Below are positions 1-11,155 of a DNA stretch of 64,000 nt, piece after piece (position 1 is the stretch's first letter; every line of letters begins with the position of its first letter). The position numbers and the translations under genes are program-made. The stretch comes from an uncultured SAR86 cluster bacterium. Lineage in GTDB: Bacteria; Pseudomonadota; Gammaproteobacteria; Magnimaribacterales; D2472. The DNA lies in the NCBI GenBank assembly GCA_902593675.1, contig CACJJI010000001.1:256957-320956 (forward strand), in the 5' to 3' direction. The notes under the pieces are model-generated. The model ran no database searches, was not told the origin of the DNA, and worked only from the letters and a program-made list of their open reading frames with translations.

Positions 1-6
1 CTTGAA

Positions 7-1269
7 TTAAAAAATACCTATTACTAACCCTGTCATACAAGAGGCAAGTGTTGCCCCGATGAGTGCTTTTACAGAAACTTTAATTAAATCGTTTTTTCTT
101 TCTGGGGCCATGGCGCTGATACCTGAAACAAGAATTCCAACCGAAGAAAAATTAGCAAAACCACATAAAGCATACAAAGTAATCAATTTTGATCTATCTG
201 AAAGAACTCCTGTCTCTAAATTTGCAAGCGCACCGTAAGCTACAAATTCATTTAATGCAGTTTTCAAGCCAAGCAACTCGGCTGAAGCTAAAGTTTCAGA
301 CAATGGAACGCCCATGAGCCAAACAATTGGAAAGAAGATATACCCCAGTATTAATTGCAAAGAAAGATCAGAAATTCCAATCCAACCACCTAAAATACCT
401 AGCAGAGAGTTAAGCAAAGAAACCAATGCGATGAAAGCAATTAAAATAGCGCCTACATTCAGACAAATATCCAATCCATCTCTTGTACCTCTTGTTATTG
501 CATCCATAGAACTGTCATAAACTTTGGGCACTGAGTTACCATCAAAATTAGTAACCTCTGATGATGGAATCATAATATTTGCATACATTATTGCAGCTGG
601 AATAGATAATATTGAGGCTGATACCAAATGTTGGATTAAATTAATACCTGGGAATTGAGGAGCTAACATTGATACTAACGCGATCATAATTGAGCCAGAG
701 ACAGTCGACATCCCCGCTGTCATAAGAATCAACAACTCTTTTTCAGTCATCTTGGACAGATAGGGCCTCACTAACAATGGGGCTTCAACTTGTCCCATAA
801 TAATATTAGCAGTTGCACCCAGGCCTATTGGACCACCAATATTAAATAGTTTTTCAAAGACTTTAGAAATTGCTCTTATGATTAATGGCAGAATATTCCA
901 AAACCATAACAATGCTGACAGGCTCGATATTACGATGATTAAAGGCAATATTTGAAAAGCAAAGATCATGGAATTACCGGTACCTGAACTTTCAAATGGC
1001 GAGGTAGAACTATTGCTTAAATAACCAAAAACAAATTCAGCTCCTTCTTGAGTTGCGGCTTGCAGCGCAGTCACACCCTCGGAAAGATAAGCAAAAATCT
1101 GAACTATAAAAGGAATCTTTAACAGAGCAAAAGCTAAAATTATCTGAAGAAATATAGCCGCAACAATATGCCGATAATTAATTGAAGATCTATTTTGAGA
1201 AAATGGAATAGCAATACAAACTAGGCCAATAAAGCCAATAATAATTTGAAATACAGAGGTGATTGTCAT
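7..1269 (-). CDS. nupC: Concentrative nucleoside transporter (NupC/CNT family)
   Basis: Complete 420-aa polytopic membrane ORF. The N-terminal helices and the EGAEFVFGYL loop resemble the NupC/CNT family. A 3-nt gap from the upstream gene suggests an operon. Confidence 0.75.
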   Translation of the reverse strand: MTITSVFQIIIGFIGLVCIAIPFSQNRSSINYRHIVAAIFLQIILAFALLKIPFIVQIFAYLSEGVTALQAATQEGAEFVFGYLSNSSTSPFESSGTGNSMIFAFQILPLIIVISSLSALLWFWNILPLIIRAISKVFEKLFNIGGPIGLGATANIIMGQVEAPLLVRPYLSKMTEKELLILMTAGMSTVSGSIMIALVSMLAPQFPGINLIQHLVSASILSIPAAIMYANIMIPSSEVTNFDGNSVPKVYDSSMDAITRGTRDGLDICLNVGAILIAFIALVSLLNSLLGILGGWIGISDLSLQLILGYIFFPIVWLMGVPLSETLASAELLGLKTALNEFVAYGALANLETGVLSDRSKLITLYALCGFANFSSVGILVSGISAMAPERKNDLIKVSVKALIGATLASCMTGLVIGIF

Positions 1270-1272
1270 GGC

Positions 1273-2178
1273 TTAGTATAACTTAATTGCTCTTAGTCTT
1301 TCCTCTAAAAAATCGTGGGCGCTAATAGATTCAGTTGAATCATCCACTATAGAACAAAGCTCAACTTCAGGAGAGGGATGAAGGAAAAAAGGCATGCTAT
1401 ATCGGGATGCAGATGAGCCAGGATTATTATCTACAACCCTGTGACTAGTACTTTTTAGTTGAGAACGAGTCACTAATTGCATCATATCTCCAATGTTACA
1501 AACAATAGATTTGCTTTTTGCAGCTATTGGAATCCAATCACCCTCAGGGTTTTGTACCTCCAATCCAGATTCCTCAGCACCTACTAACAAAGTAATTAAA
1601 TTTATATCCTCATGGGCTCGTGCACGTAAGATATTAGATGAATCCTCAACAGGAGGGTAATGAATTAGCCGCAAAACAGAATTACCCTTAAGTGCCCAGG
1701 CATCAAAAAAGTTAGGCTCTTTGTCTAAAATTACAGCTATCGAACTAAGAACTTTCATGCCTAGCAAATTTAATTGATTAAACAAAATATCGAATTGATC
1801 ATTAAAATCTGGAATCTCAGAAACTTCAATGTTCTCAGAAATTCTAGAATCATATGAACCATCAACCATGGGGCCATGATGCCAAAACTCTTTTAGATCA
1901 GGAGTTGTTTCACCGACAGCAGTCTCTTTGCCATATGGCGTATAGCCTCTCGCTCCAGCTTTTTCGGGATGAGCATAATTATTTTTTAACGTCTCAGGTA
2001 GAGAAAAAAATTCTTTGCTGGCTTTGTAACTTGCTTTTAGTATCTCATCTGAAATCCCATGATCAGTAATAGTAAAAAAACCATGAGTTGATAAAGCTAA
2101 TTCTAGCTCAGAAATTGTCTCAGCATCTCGAGCCTGAATATCAGGCATAGAAAATGCTGGAATAGTATTAAATGACAT
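1273..2178 (-). CDS. 2-oxoglutarate/Fe(II)-dependent oxygenase (isopenicillin-N-synthase-like)
   Basis: N-terminal DIOX_N-like segment (GFFTITDHGI), an HxD (HEDIN) and a distal His (SHRV). I place the start at the ATG at 2178, not the TTG at 2193 used by the ORF track, because 2192-2222 is a terminator hairpin. Confidence 0.75.
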   Translation of the reverse strand: MSFNTIPAFSMPDIQARDAETISELELALSTHGFFTITDHGISDEILKASYKASKEFFSLPETLKNNYAHPEKAGARGYTPYGKETAVGETTPDLKEFWHHGPMVDGSYDSRISENIEVSEIPDFNDQFDILFNQLNLLGMKVLSSIAVILDKEPNFFDAWALKGNSVLRLIHYPPVEDSSNILRARAHEDINLITLLVGAEESGLEVQNPEGDWIPIAAKSKSIVCNIGDMMQLVTRSQLKSTSHRVVDNNPGSSASRYSMPFFLHPSPEVELCSIVDDSTESISAHDFLEERLRAIKLY

Positions 2179-2191
2179 GCTTAATTTTAAC

Positions 2192-2222
2192 AAAAAAAAG
2201 GACGGTAAGAACCGCCCTTTTT
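2192..2222 (-). terminator. Rho-independent terminator downstream of the TonB-dependent receptor
   Basis: On the minus strand: GGGCGGT-TCTT-ACCGTCC (one G-U pair) followed by a T8 run. It lies 17 nt after the receptor stop codon. Confidence 0.6.
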
Positions 2223-2238
2223 ATAATATTAAATCCTC

Positions 2239-5200
2239 TTAAAATGAAAACTTATATGTAAACCCAAGTTGAGCTCTCCATATACTGTTAACAGCTGATT
2301 TTCTAATCTCTTGAGGATTGTTAGGATTAAACCTAAATGCATAATCTGCACCGCCTCTAGATCTTGGGTAGATGTATTTAGAAAAATCATTGCTCATTTG
2401 CATATCTAAGACATCTACTGTTCCAGTATAACTTCCATACCTAATTTCACCCTTATCAGAATCTATTAGGTTTAATAAGTTCTCAATTCCAAGACTGATA
2501 ACAAACTCATCATCAGCTCTGAATCCTGGTAGGATCTGAGTGATCTTAAGATCCAACGTTGTTTGCCATGGGTATTCGAATACACCAGTTGGAAGTATCT
2601 GGCCTCCATATGAAGCTAAGCCCAATTGGTTATAGAGAAGATCAAGGACCTCGTTAGCCACAACTAGATCTGGCGCACCATTACATGAACCCCAACAAAC
2701 ATTTGGGTCGTTTAGACCTGATGGGATGTATAGTAAATGGGCGCTATCATCGTTAAGATTATTTTCATAACCGAAGGCACGAGTTTGATAACGTGAGATG
2801 CTTCTTTCAAATGTATCCCAAGTATAAGTACCAGGTAAACCTGATTTTCTTTCAAAAAATAGATTAAATGTTGTAGGCTTATCAGCTCCAAAGAAATAAT
2901 GGGTTGATGATAAGGTTGCAAAAAATCTATGCTCTGTTTCATATATAGATCTACCAGGTGTTCTATTATTGAAGTCTGATGCTGCATACTTTCCATAACT
3001 TGAGTTAGCTGTTGTAGAAGCCATTCCACTAAGCTCGTCAATGTTTTGATTTGTATATCCAAGTGATAGTGAGGTATCACCGTCATTAAAGAATCTTGAG
3101 AATGCAACAGATATTACTTCTCTTTCTCCTCCACCCTGATTATATAAACCACCCTTGTAAGTACCCCTTGAGCCAGTTTGGTTATATATTGGTCTGCCAT
3201 CAGGAGCTTTTAATGATGGAACTAATGGCTGATCACCACTTAATGGTGACCCGTCAATAATTTTATACAAAGCTTCTTCTTGATCAGAATGTAAATATGT
3301 AGCCGTCATCAACCAGTCACCTATTTGTCTGTCGTAGGTCAAATTAAGGGTTTTGGTTTCAGGCCACTCAAAGCTAGGAGCTATGAAATTAATTACCGCA
3401 TCTGTTAAAGGGGCATTTTGTATTGCAGTACCAACACAAGCAGGAAGAGTTGAAGTAACGCCAGTGAGTGGATCACATCCTGGAGCATTTGCTCCATTAT
3501 AAGCTGCAATTCTTACGCCATCATTAGTGTAAGCATTTGAAATCCATACTGTTGGTAATTTAGATGAGAAAGTACCATATAGACCCTTCAAAGAGCTTAC
3601 ATCATCAATCTCATATTCAAAGCTAAATCTATAATTAAAAAGATCAGTTCCGGCAATTCCACCATTAGCAAAACCATATGCATCTACAAAACCTTGGTTT
3701 AGCGCAGGCGCATCATCCGAATCAAATTGATCATATCTTAATCCAACCAATACATTTAATTTATCAGATATTTCTATCTCATCTTGAATATACATAGAAG
3801 TCAGATCATATTTAAAGATCGCAGCTCCACCAGCTTCTGTTAAGTCCCTAGAGTTGTTATGAAAAAACGATGTTGCATTTTGGCTTTCATACCCATCAAT
3901 TCCATCAAATGAATAAGAACCATTTTGAGCCACGATAAATACATTATAAATATCCCACTCTTTCATTTCATAACCGGCTGTCCACTTATGATTATCATCA
4001 TAGTAAGTAAGCTTAGCTTTAAAGAAAGTATTTTCAGTATCAAGAGCGTTTGCACTTCTAAAAATATCTGGGCCTAACTCACATGAAATACCAGCTGCCC
4101 CGCAATTGTCAATTTCAAAAGACGGAAGATTTTGCCCTACTGGCGACATTTGAGAAGTTTTTTGAGTTTTCGTTGAATAGCTAATCTCACTAATTAAATC
4201 ATCTGACCAATTTGAAACAAGAAGAAAGCCATCTGTTTCTGTATTTTCACCTTTTTGATATTCCGCTGAAGAGAAGTTAAATGTTCCGTAAGAACTATTA
4301 GCACCATTTAATTTTGAGCTTTCAACTTCTTTGTGGTTTAAGGTTAGTCGATGATTGTCTGTTATGTTGATATCAAACCTAGCAGTGATAAATTCTTGTT
4401 CAGATTGATTGCTTGATGTATATCCCAATGGATCAAATCCATATTTGCTTTTTGTTATATTTCTAATTCTATCAACTTCAGCAAGAGTAATTCCCTGCTC
4501 ATTAGGAAGGCCAGATCCAATTGGGCCATGGGTGATTGGCTTATTAATTGAAGCTTCTTCATAAGTTACATAAAAGAAAGCCTTATCCTTAATTAAAGGC
4601 CCACCAAAAGCAAACCCTTCAGATGTATCTTCTAGGTCGAAATCATATTCGTCGCCGTTTGATTCATCTCCCATAAGAGAGTCACCTCTATCATAATAGA
4701 ATACCTCACCTGTAAATTCGTTTGTTCCTGACTTTGTAATGACCTCGATCACACCCCCTCTAAAACCTGAGTACTCAACAGAAGCAGGTGCAACTTTAAC
4801 TGAAAGCTGCTCAATTGCATTGAGAGAAATAGGGCTCCTTTGAGCAGGATAGCCATTATCATTGAGTCCAAAATCATCATTAAATGATGTTCCATCAACC
4901 CTCAAGTCATTGGTTCTTGGATGCGCACCAGCGATAGATATTGCTTCATAATTGTCCTCAGCATCATCAAGGGAAACCATAGGATTTAATCTAATAAAAT
5001 CTTTTAAGTCTCTATTTACTGAAGCATTTTTTTCAATATCATCTGCAGTAAGAGCTGTACCAAATCCGTAACCGGTATCTAAAGCAGTCCCTGCGCTTGC
5101 AACAACAACCACTTCATCAATTGACTCTAAAACAAAATTCAATCTTTTTGTATCACCAACGATCAAAGTTATGCCTGCAGTTGTTTCAGGACTGTAAGCA

Positions 5201-5448
5201 CTAGATCGAACACTAACTTCGTATGGACCACCAGGCTTTAAACCACCAGCATTGTAACGACCGTTTGAACTTGTTGTTCTTGTTATCGTAGTATCCGTAG
5301 GAGTGTAAGTAACACTGACAGTGGCTCCGCTTACTGGCGTGCCCGCTCCATTTGTTACCGTACCTGTAATATCAGAAGTCAGCTCCTGCGCAAATGCTGG
5401 AATAGCAATAAGTGCAGCAACCATAAATAAGTTACGCAATAATTTCAT
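2239..5448 (-). CDS. TonB-dependent outer-membrane receptor with N-terminal carboxypeptidase-regulatory-like domain
   Basis: Signal peptide (AIPAFAQE), a CarbopepD_reg-like beta-sandwich (ITGTVTN..GRYNAGGLKPGGPYEV), a plug, a long beta-barrel, and a C-terminal aromatic residue (..TYKFSF). Confidence 0.9.
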   Translation of the reverse strand: MKLLRNLFMVAALIAIPAFAQELTSDITGTVTNGAGTPVSGATVSVTYTPTDTTITRTTSSNGRYNAGGLKPGGPYEVSVRSSAYSPETTAGITLIVGDTKRLNFVLESIDEVVVVASAGTALDTGYGFGTALTADDIEKNASVNRDLKDFIRLNPMVSLDDAEDNYEAISIAGAHPRTNDLRVDGTSFNDDFGLNDNGYPAQRSPISLNAIEQLSVKVAPASVEYSGFRGGVIEVITKSGTNEFTGEVFYYDRGDSLMGDESNGDEYDFDLEDTSEGFAFGGPLIKDKAFFYVTYEEASINKPITHGPIGSGLPNEQGITLAEVDRIRNITKSKYGFDPLGYTSSNQSEQEFITARFDINITDNHRLTLNHKEVESSKLNGANSSYGTFNFSSAEYQKGENTETDGFLLVSNWSDDLISEISYSTKTQKTSQMSPVGQNLPSFEIDNCGAAGISCELGPDIFRSANALDTENTFFKAKLTYYDDNHKWTAGYEMKEWDIYNVFIVAQNGSYSFDGIDGYESQNATSFFHNNSRDLTEAGGAAIFKYDLTSMYIQDEIEISDKLNVLVGLRYDQFDSDDAPALNQGFVDAYGFANGGIAGTDLFNYRFSFEYEIDDVSSLKGLYGTFSSKLPTVWISNAYTNDGVRIAAYNGANAPGCDPLTGVTSTLPACVGTAIQNAPLTDAVINFIAPSFEWPETKTLNLTYDRQIGDWLMTATYLHSDQEEALYKIIDGSPLSGDQPLVPSLKAPDGRPIYNQTGSRGTYKGGLYNQGGGEREVISVAFSRFFNDGDTSLSLGYTNQNIDELSGMASTTANSSYGKYAASDFNNRTPGRSIYETEHRFFATLSSTHYFFGADKPTTFNLFFERKSGLPGTYTWDTFERSISRYQTRAFGYENNLNDDSAHLLYIPSGLNDPNVCWGSCNGAPDLVVANEVLDLLYNQLGLASYGGQILPTGVFEYPWQTTLDLKITQILPGFRADDEFVISLGIENLLNLIDSDKGEIRYGSYTGTVDVLDMQMSNDFSKYIYPRSRGGADYAFRFNPNNPQEIRKSAVNSIWRAQLGFTYKFSF

Positions 5449-5547
5449 AATTTCCCTCTAAAAATTAAAATAAAGACGATAAGATAATTCTATACCTCTT
5501 TGTACCTTATTAAAAGAAACAATTTGGTAACATTTTGATAATTTATC

Positions 5548-6792
5548 TTAAACTTCAATAGAATCAAATCTTGTATATCCCTGAAGAGCTTCTGGGATAT
5601 GGATTGTGCCCTTTTGGTCAAAATTATTTTCAATTACTGCTATTAACGCTCTTCCAGCAGCTAGTGCAGAGCCATTCAGAGTGTGAGCTAATTTTGAAGC
5701 CCCGCCTTCCTTAAATCTAATCTTGGCCCTTCTAGCTTGAAAATCAGTGCAATTTGAACAAGATGATATCTCTCTATAGGTTTCTTGGCTGGGTATCCAA
5801 ACTTCTAAGTCATATGTTTTAGCCGCTGCGAAACCTAAATCACCAGTGCATAATTCAACTACCTGATAAGGTAAATTTAGCTCCTGAAGAATTGTTTCAG
5901 CATGAGAGGTAAGATTCTCTAGTGCTTCAAACGATTTCTCAGGATGGCATATCTGAACTAACTCAACCTTCTCAAATTGATGTTGCCGGATTAACCCCTT
6001 GGTATCTTTACCGTAACTTCCAGCCTCAGATCTAAAGCAACTTGTATGAGCTGTAAGCTTAAGTGGAAATTTATCAATATCAATTATTTTATCTCTATAA
6101 AGATTTGTTAAGGGCACCTCAGCAGTAGGAATAAGGTAATAATCTTCAGTTAATTGAAATAAATCCTCAGAAAACTTTGGCAATTGTCCGGTTGAAGTTA
6201 AAGATTCAGCGTTGGCCACCATTGGTAAATAATGCTCTGTGTAACCATGCTCAAATGCTTTATCAAGCATAAATGCTATTAAAGCTCGTTGTAATTTTGC
6301 AATGTCGCCATGTAAAACTGCAAAACGAGAACCAGCTAAAAGGTTAGCTGCATCAGTGTCAATCATTGATGTTATTTCTAAATGATCTTTTCCCTTTAAA
6401 ATAGTTGGCTCCCCGTATTCTCGGATCTTTACATTGTTTTCCTCATTCTCTCCCCTTGGCACAGAATCATCAGGAAGGTTCGGAACATCAAGCAATAATT
6501 CTTTTAAAGTTAATTGAATATTATTTAATTCGCTTGAACATTTATCAAGATCTGCTTTGATGGACTCAATCTTTTTATTAAGAGCTGGGTCATCCTTGCC
6601 CTCTTTTTTAAGCATTCCATATTCTTTGGAAAGAACATTTCTACTAGCTTGAAGATCCTCAGTTTTAGTTTGATATTTTTTTCGGTTTGCTTCAGTCGCC
6701 TCAAATAAATCAAGGTTAAAGTTGTAATTTCTCAGCCTTAATTTATCAAATACCAACTTGGGATTATCTTTTATAAAATTTGTATCAATCAT
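5548..6792 (-). CDS. serS: Seryl-tRNA synthetase
   Basis: N-terminal coiled-coil arm, class II motifs (TAEVPLTN, FRSEAGS, GSALAAGRAL), 414 aa. Confidence 0.95.
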   Translation of the reverse strand: MIDTNFIKDNPKLVFDKLRLRNYNFNLDLFEATEANRKKYQTKTEDLQASRNVLSKEYGMLKKEGKDDPALNKKIESIKADLDKCSSELNNIQLTLKELLLDVPNLPDDSVPRGENEENNVKIREYGEPTILKGKDHLEITSMIDTDAANLLAGSRFAVLHGDIAKLQRALIAFMLDKAFEHGYTEHYLPMVANAESLTSTGQLPKFSEDLFQLTEDYYLIPTAEVPLTNLYRDKIIDIDKFPLKLTAHTSCFRSEAGSYGKDTKGLIRQHQFEKVELVQICHPEKSFEALENLTSHAETILQELNLPYQVVELCTGDLGFAAAKTYDLEVWIPSQETYREISSCSNCTDFQARRAKIRFKEGGASKLAHTLNGSALAAGRALIAVIENNFDQKGTIHIPEALQGYTRFDSIEV

Positions 6793-6794
6793 TT

Positions 6795-7160
6795 TTAAGT
6801 AGTTTTAAATAAAGAGTAAGCTAAAAAAGTTCCTATCAAGCATGAAGCAATTGATGCAACAACATATATTAAAGCATTCAAATCTTTGCCATTGTATAAC
6901 AATTCAATTGTCTGCTGTGAGAAGGCAGACATAGTCGTAAAGGATCCAAGGAAACCTATGACAAGAAAAAAATAAATATTAGACTTCAAGTCTGAGGTTT
7001 GAGCCATGACGATACCTATACAAAAACATCCAATAAAATTGACTAACATTATTCCGCTGGGCAGCGCAAAAAAGGAAGAATTTTTCATTAAATCATTCAA
7101 TAGGTATCTCAATGGGGCGCCCAAAGCTCCCCCACATGCTATAAAAATAAGCTTAGTCAT
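6795..7160 (-). CDS. crcB: Fluoride ion channel CrcB/Fluc
   Basis: 121-aa protein with 4 TM helices and the typical GGALGAPLRY N-terminus and GFLGSFTTMSAF motif. It overlaps lolA by 4 nt and ends 2 nt before serS. Confidence 0.85.
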   Translation of the reverse strand: MTKLIFIACGGALGAPLRYLLNDLMKNSSFFALPSGIMLVNFIGCFCIGIVMAQTSDLKSNIYFFLVIGFLGSFTTMSAFSQQTIELLYNGKDLNALIYVVASIASCLIGTFLAYSLFKTT

Positions 7161-7666
7161 AATGGTGTAAGTTCAATTCCGTGCTCAACTCCAAGAGAAT
7201 CTTTATAGCGTATAAGGTTTAGCTGATTTTTTAAAAAAGAAAAACTAATAATATTGGAGCGAGTATTATCAATGACTTGAATAATTGAATCGTTGATAAC
7301 GTTTATAGAATAGTTATCTGCATCCTCATCAACGCCATCAATTAAAAGACTAAGAAAAAAATTATCAAGCTTCTCAATACTAATAACTTGTGTTTGATCT
7401 AAAAAAACATCATGGATCTCTATCGTGTCTCCATAAATTCTGTAATTTTCTTCAAATGGTGATAACACATGAATTAAAATCTCCTCGTTAGTAAAAAAAA
7501 TTTTTCCACTGGAAGTATCAATCCTCATCTCAGATTCACTGAGAGATCTTTCAAAAAATGAATAATTTTTTTTTAACTGGCTATTTAGAAGAGAAGTTGA
7601 AATTGATGATGCGTCAATAAATACAGAAAATAAAAAAATAAAGGGTACAAAAAATTTTGCAATCAT
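7157..7666 (-). CDS. lolA: LolA-like periplasmic lipoprotein carrier (short, divergent)
   Basis: Signal peptide, position between ftsK and serS as in Enterobacteria, and LolA-like strands ([30 protein letters not shown]). Sequence similarity is weak, so the call rests mainly on synteny. Confidence 0.6.
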   Translation of the reverse strand: MIAKFFVPFIFLFSVFIDASSISTSLLNSQLKKNYSFFERSLSESEMRIDTSSGKIFFTNEEILIHVLSPFEENYRIYGDTIEIHDVFLDQTQVISIEKLDNFFLSLLIDGVDEDADNYSINVINDSIIQVIDNTRSNIISFSFLKNQLNLIRYKDSLGVEHGIELTPL

Positions 7667-9993
7667 TGCTGCTTAGGGACTAATACTTCCCTGCTTCCAT
7701 TGCTACTCATTTCCGAAACTAAGCCAGCCATTTCCATGGCTTCAATTATTCTGGCTGCTCTGTTATAGCCAATCCTTAATTTTCTCTGCACAGCGGAAAT
7801 AGATGCCCTTCTTGATTCAATGACAAAGCTTACCGCTTCATCATAGAGTTCATCATCCTCATCCGATGACTGAGACCCCTCTCCATCAGTCCAACCAGGT
7901 ATCGGACCTGTTTCTTGAAGTTCTGAAGTAATTTCATCTAAATAATTTGGTTCAGATCTTTCTTTCCAACTATTAACAACTCTATGGACCTCATCATCAC
8001 CAACAAAAGCGCCATGAACTCTTTCTGGAACACCCTGACCAGCAGGCATGTATAACATATCACCTGCTCCTAATAGTTGTTCTGCTCCACCTTGATCAAG
8101 AATGGTTCGTGAATCAATTTTTGAAGACACTTGAAAGGCTATTCTTGATGGCACATTGGCTTTGATCAACCCAGTAATTACATCTACGGAGGGTCGCTGA
8201 GTTGCTAAAATTAAATGAATGCCAGCAGCCCTTGCTTTTTGAGCGATTCTTGCAATTAAGTGCTCAACCTTTTTACCAACAATCATAATCATGTCTGCAA
8301 ACTCATCAACTACAACAACAATGGATGGCAGTTCTTCTAGCGGGACCTCTTCATCTTCCTGAAATGGATCTAACAATGGAGTGCCTGAAGCATTAGCTTC
8401 AGCTACTTTTTTATTAAATGCTGCTAAGCCTCTGACACCCATTTCGGACATTAACTTATACCTTCTATCCATTTCGGCCACGCACCATCTCAGTCCATTT
8501 GATGCATCTGTCATATCAGTGATAACAGGTGTCAGAAGATGGGGTATACCCTCATAAACAGATAGCTCAAGAATTTTAGGGTCTATCATAATAAGGCGAA
8601 CTGCTTCTGGATCTGATTTAAATAACAAACTAAGCAGCATTGCATTGAGTCCAACTGATTTTCCAGAACCAGTTGTTCCAGCAACAAGCAAATGGGGCAT
8701 CTTGGCAAGATCTACGACAACTGGTTTTCCCGCAATGTCATGACCTAAAGCCATTGATAGTGGTGAAGTAGAATTATGGAAAGTATCTGATGACAAAATT
8801 TCAGTCAGCTGGACCATCTTACGGTTAGAGTTAGGAATTTCAATGCCAACTACAGACTTTCCTGGTATCACTTCAACCACTCTGACGCTTGTCACTGCTA
8901 GAGATCTAGCAATATCTTGTGCAATATTTGTAATCTTACTTGCCTTAGTGCCTGGCGCAGGTTGAATCTCAAACCTGGTAACAACTGGTCCTGGAATCAC
9001 AGAAACAACCTTTGCCTCTATTCCAAATTCTTGAAGCTTAATTTCAAGTCTGTCAGCAACTTCATCAAGCTCCTCTTTGGTTAAAGACGAACCATCATCG
9101 AGCACTCTGTCCAAAAGATCTGTTGAGGGAAGCTCTGAGTTAACGTTTTTATCTTTAGATTTGTATACGGTAGATGTTGCAGCTGGTTCATTTTTAGGAA
9201 TTTCAGCTTTGGGGGTTGATGAAATAGTTTCTTGTGTTCCAGTTTCAGGCTGAACATGCATAGATTTTGATTTAGGAAGATTTAATTCTCTTGGTTTTAC
9301 TTCAGCAACTGAACGCTCAACTGTGGGTTGATTGTTAGATTTAAACTTTGAAAAATTAATTGATTTGATGCTATTAATTAAATATTGAAAGGAGTCATAA
9401 AATTTCGATCCGAGCTCTAACGCTAGATATTTTGCTCCTCGACCAAGAGCATCTATTACAAACAACCATGAAAATGAAAAGGTTAACGAAATAGATGCAA
9501 GAAAGAAAATTACTATAAAAATTAATGATCCAACCACCCCAAAAACATTAGAAAGATTGCTAAAGACCAAGGCACCCACAAAACCGCCAGATGAGGATTG
9601 AGGAAAAAGATCGCCTGAATAATAGAACTCACTTAGTGAAGAAAATGAGCCTAACAAAACAATTGCTGAAGTAATTTTAATAATTTTATGGGTTCTATCA
9701 GACGGTCTGTAAAAAAATAATAACCTCACTGCAACAAAGGAAATAATTAATAAAAATATATATGCTCCTATACCAACAATTGAAAATAAAGCATCAGAAA
9801 GGTAAGCCCCAAAGGGTCCCCCTAGATTTTCGATAGACTGAGAAAGTGAACTTACTGAAGAAAGGCTTGGATCAAGCGGAGAATAGGAGACAAGCGAAAT
9901 AAAGATATATAAAACTGAACCTAAACAAAAAAATGCAAAAACATTTTTCAGTGTGCCAGCTGATAAATTTGATTGCTCCTGTTTCTTAGCGAT
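7663..9993 (-). CDS. ftsK: DNA translocase FtsK (N-terminal membrane domain requires a non-canonical start)
   Basis: Walker A GTTGSGKS, motor domain, and a C-terminal gamma winged helix ([21 protein letters not shown]). The canonical ORF starts at the GTG at 9729. The same frame stays open up to the stop at 10006-10008 and encodes FtsK-type TM helices ([25 protein letters not shown]). The start is proposed at ATC 9993-9991, 6 nt after AGGAG. Confidence 0.9.
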   Translation of the reverse strand: MAKKQEQSNLSAGTLKNVFAFFCLGSVLYIFISLVSYSPLDPSLSSVSSLSQSIENLGGPFGAYLSDALFSIVGIGAYIFLLIISFVAVRLLFFYRPSDRTHKIIKITSAIVLLGSFSSLSEFYYSGDLFPQSSSGGFVGALVFSNLSNVFGVVGSLIFIVIFFLASISLTFSFSWLFVIDALGRGAKYLALELGSKFYDSFQYLINSIKSINFSKFKSNNQPTVERSVAEVKPRELNLPKSKSMHVQPETGTQETISSTPKAEIPKNEPAATSTVYKSKDKNVNSELPSTDLLDRVLDDGSSLTKEELDEVADRLEIKLQEFGIEAKVVSVIPGPVVTRFEIQPAPGTKASKITNIAQDIARSLAVTSVRVVEVIPGKSVVGIEIPNSNRKMVQLTEILSSDTFHNSTSPLSMALGHDIAGKPVVVDLAKMPHLLVAGTTGSGKSVGLNAMLLSLLFKSDPEAVRLIMIDPKILELSVYEGIPHLLTPVITDMTDASNGLRWCVAEMDRRYKLMSEMGVRGLAAFNKKVAEANASGTPLLDPFQEDEEVPLEELPSIVVVVDEFADMIMIVGKKVEHLIARIAQKARAAGIHLILATQRPSVDVITGLIKANVPSRIAFQVSSKIDSRTILDQGGAEQLLGAGDMLYMPAGQGVPERVHGAFVGDDEVHRVVNSWKERSEPNYLDEITSELQETGPIPGWTDGEGSQSSDEDDELYDEAVSFVIESRRASISAVQRKLRIGYNRAARIIEAMEMAGLVSEMSSNGSREVLVPKQQ

Positions 9994-10064
9994 GATTAAC
10001 TCCTGTTATTAATATTATATTGAGATATAGCTTATTTAGTTAGAAAAGATAACAATTTCTTTAA

Positions 10065-11021
<957 letters not shown>

Positions 11022-11153
11022 TTACTGGCCAGAAACCCAAAAAACCATGCCTATAACAAAAACTGCGATGAGTATTAGCGCTACTCTCGAGTCTGATTTG
11101 CTGTCTTCATTAGCCTCTTGTGATTCAAAGTATTCATCATATTTATCTGACAT
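11022..11153 (-). CDS. Hypothetical 43-aa single-TM protein (below the ORF-track cutoff)
   Basis: Hand translation: MSDKYDEYFESQEANEDSKSDSRVALILIAVFVIGMVFWVSGQ. The ATG lies 2 nt after the stop of the upstream reductase. An acidic N-terminus is followed by one hydrophobic helix. Its stop abuts the trxB stop. Confidence 0.3.
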   Translation of the reverse strand: MSDKYDEYFESQEANEDSKSDSRVALILIAVFVIGMVFWVSGQ

Positions 11154-11155
11154 AT

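Noticed and set aside
314-520. Many 60-130-aa ORFs in the track that are nested in or antisense to long, well-supported genes. Examples: 314-520, 1854-2069, 2712-3107, 6525-6713, 10408-10740, 10852-11208, 11484-11873, 13040-13225, 14534-14716, 14768-15004, 16300-16662, 18282-18512, 19526-19819, 21874-22110, 24249-24497, 26499-26702, 26892-27275, 27558-27952, 31150-31380, 32406-32630, 34721-35005, 36741-36983, 37329-37532, 38274-38477, 45647-45829, 50039-50221, 50988-51287, 51999-52247, 53139-53888, 54490-54681, 57395-57634, 57852-58034, 59092-59301, 59811-60017, 61404-61664, 61911-62165, 62440-62694, 63274-63528.
   Set aside because: Each overlaps a longer ORF with clear family motifs. Their translations are low-complexity or show no recognisable motifs. 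They are the expected by-product of AT-rich coding DNA.
7157-7160. A fluoride riboswitch upstream of crcB.
   Set aside because: crcB overlaps lolA by 4 nt, so there is no intergenic RNA in which the roughly 50-nt crcB motif could reside.
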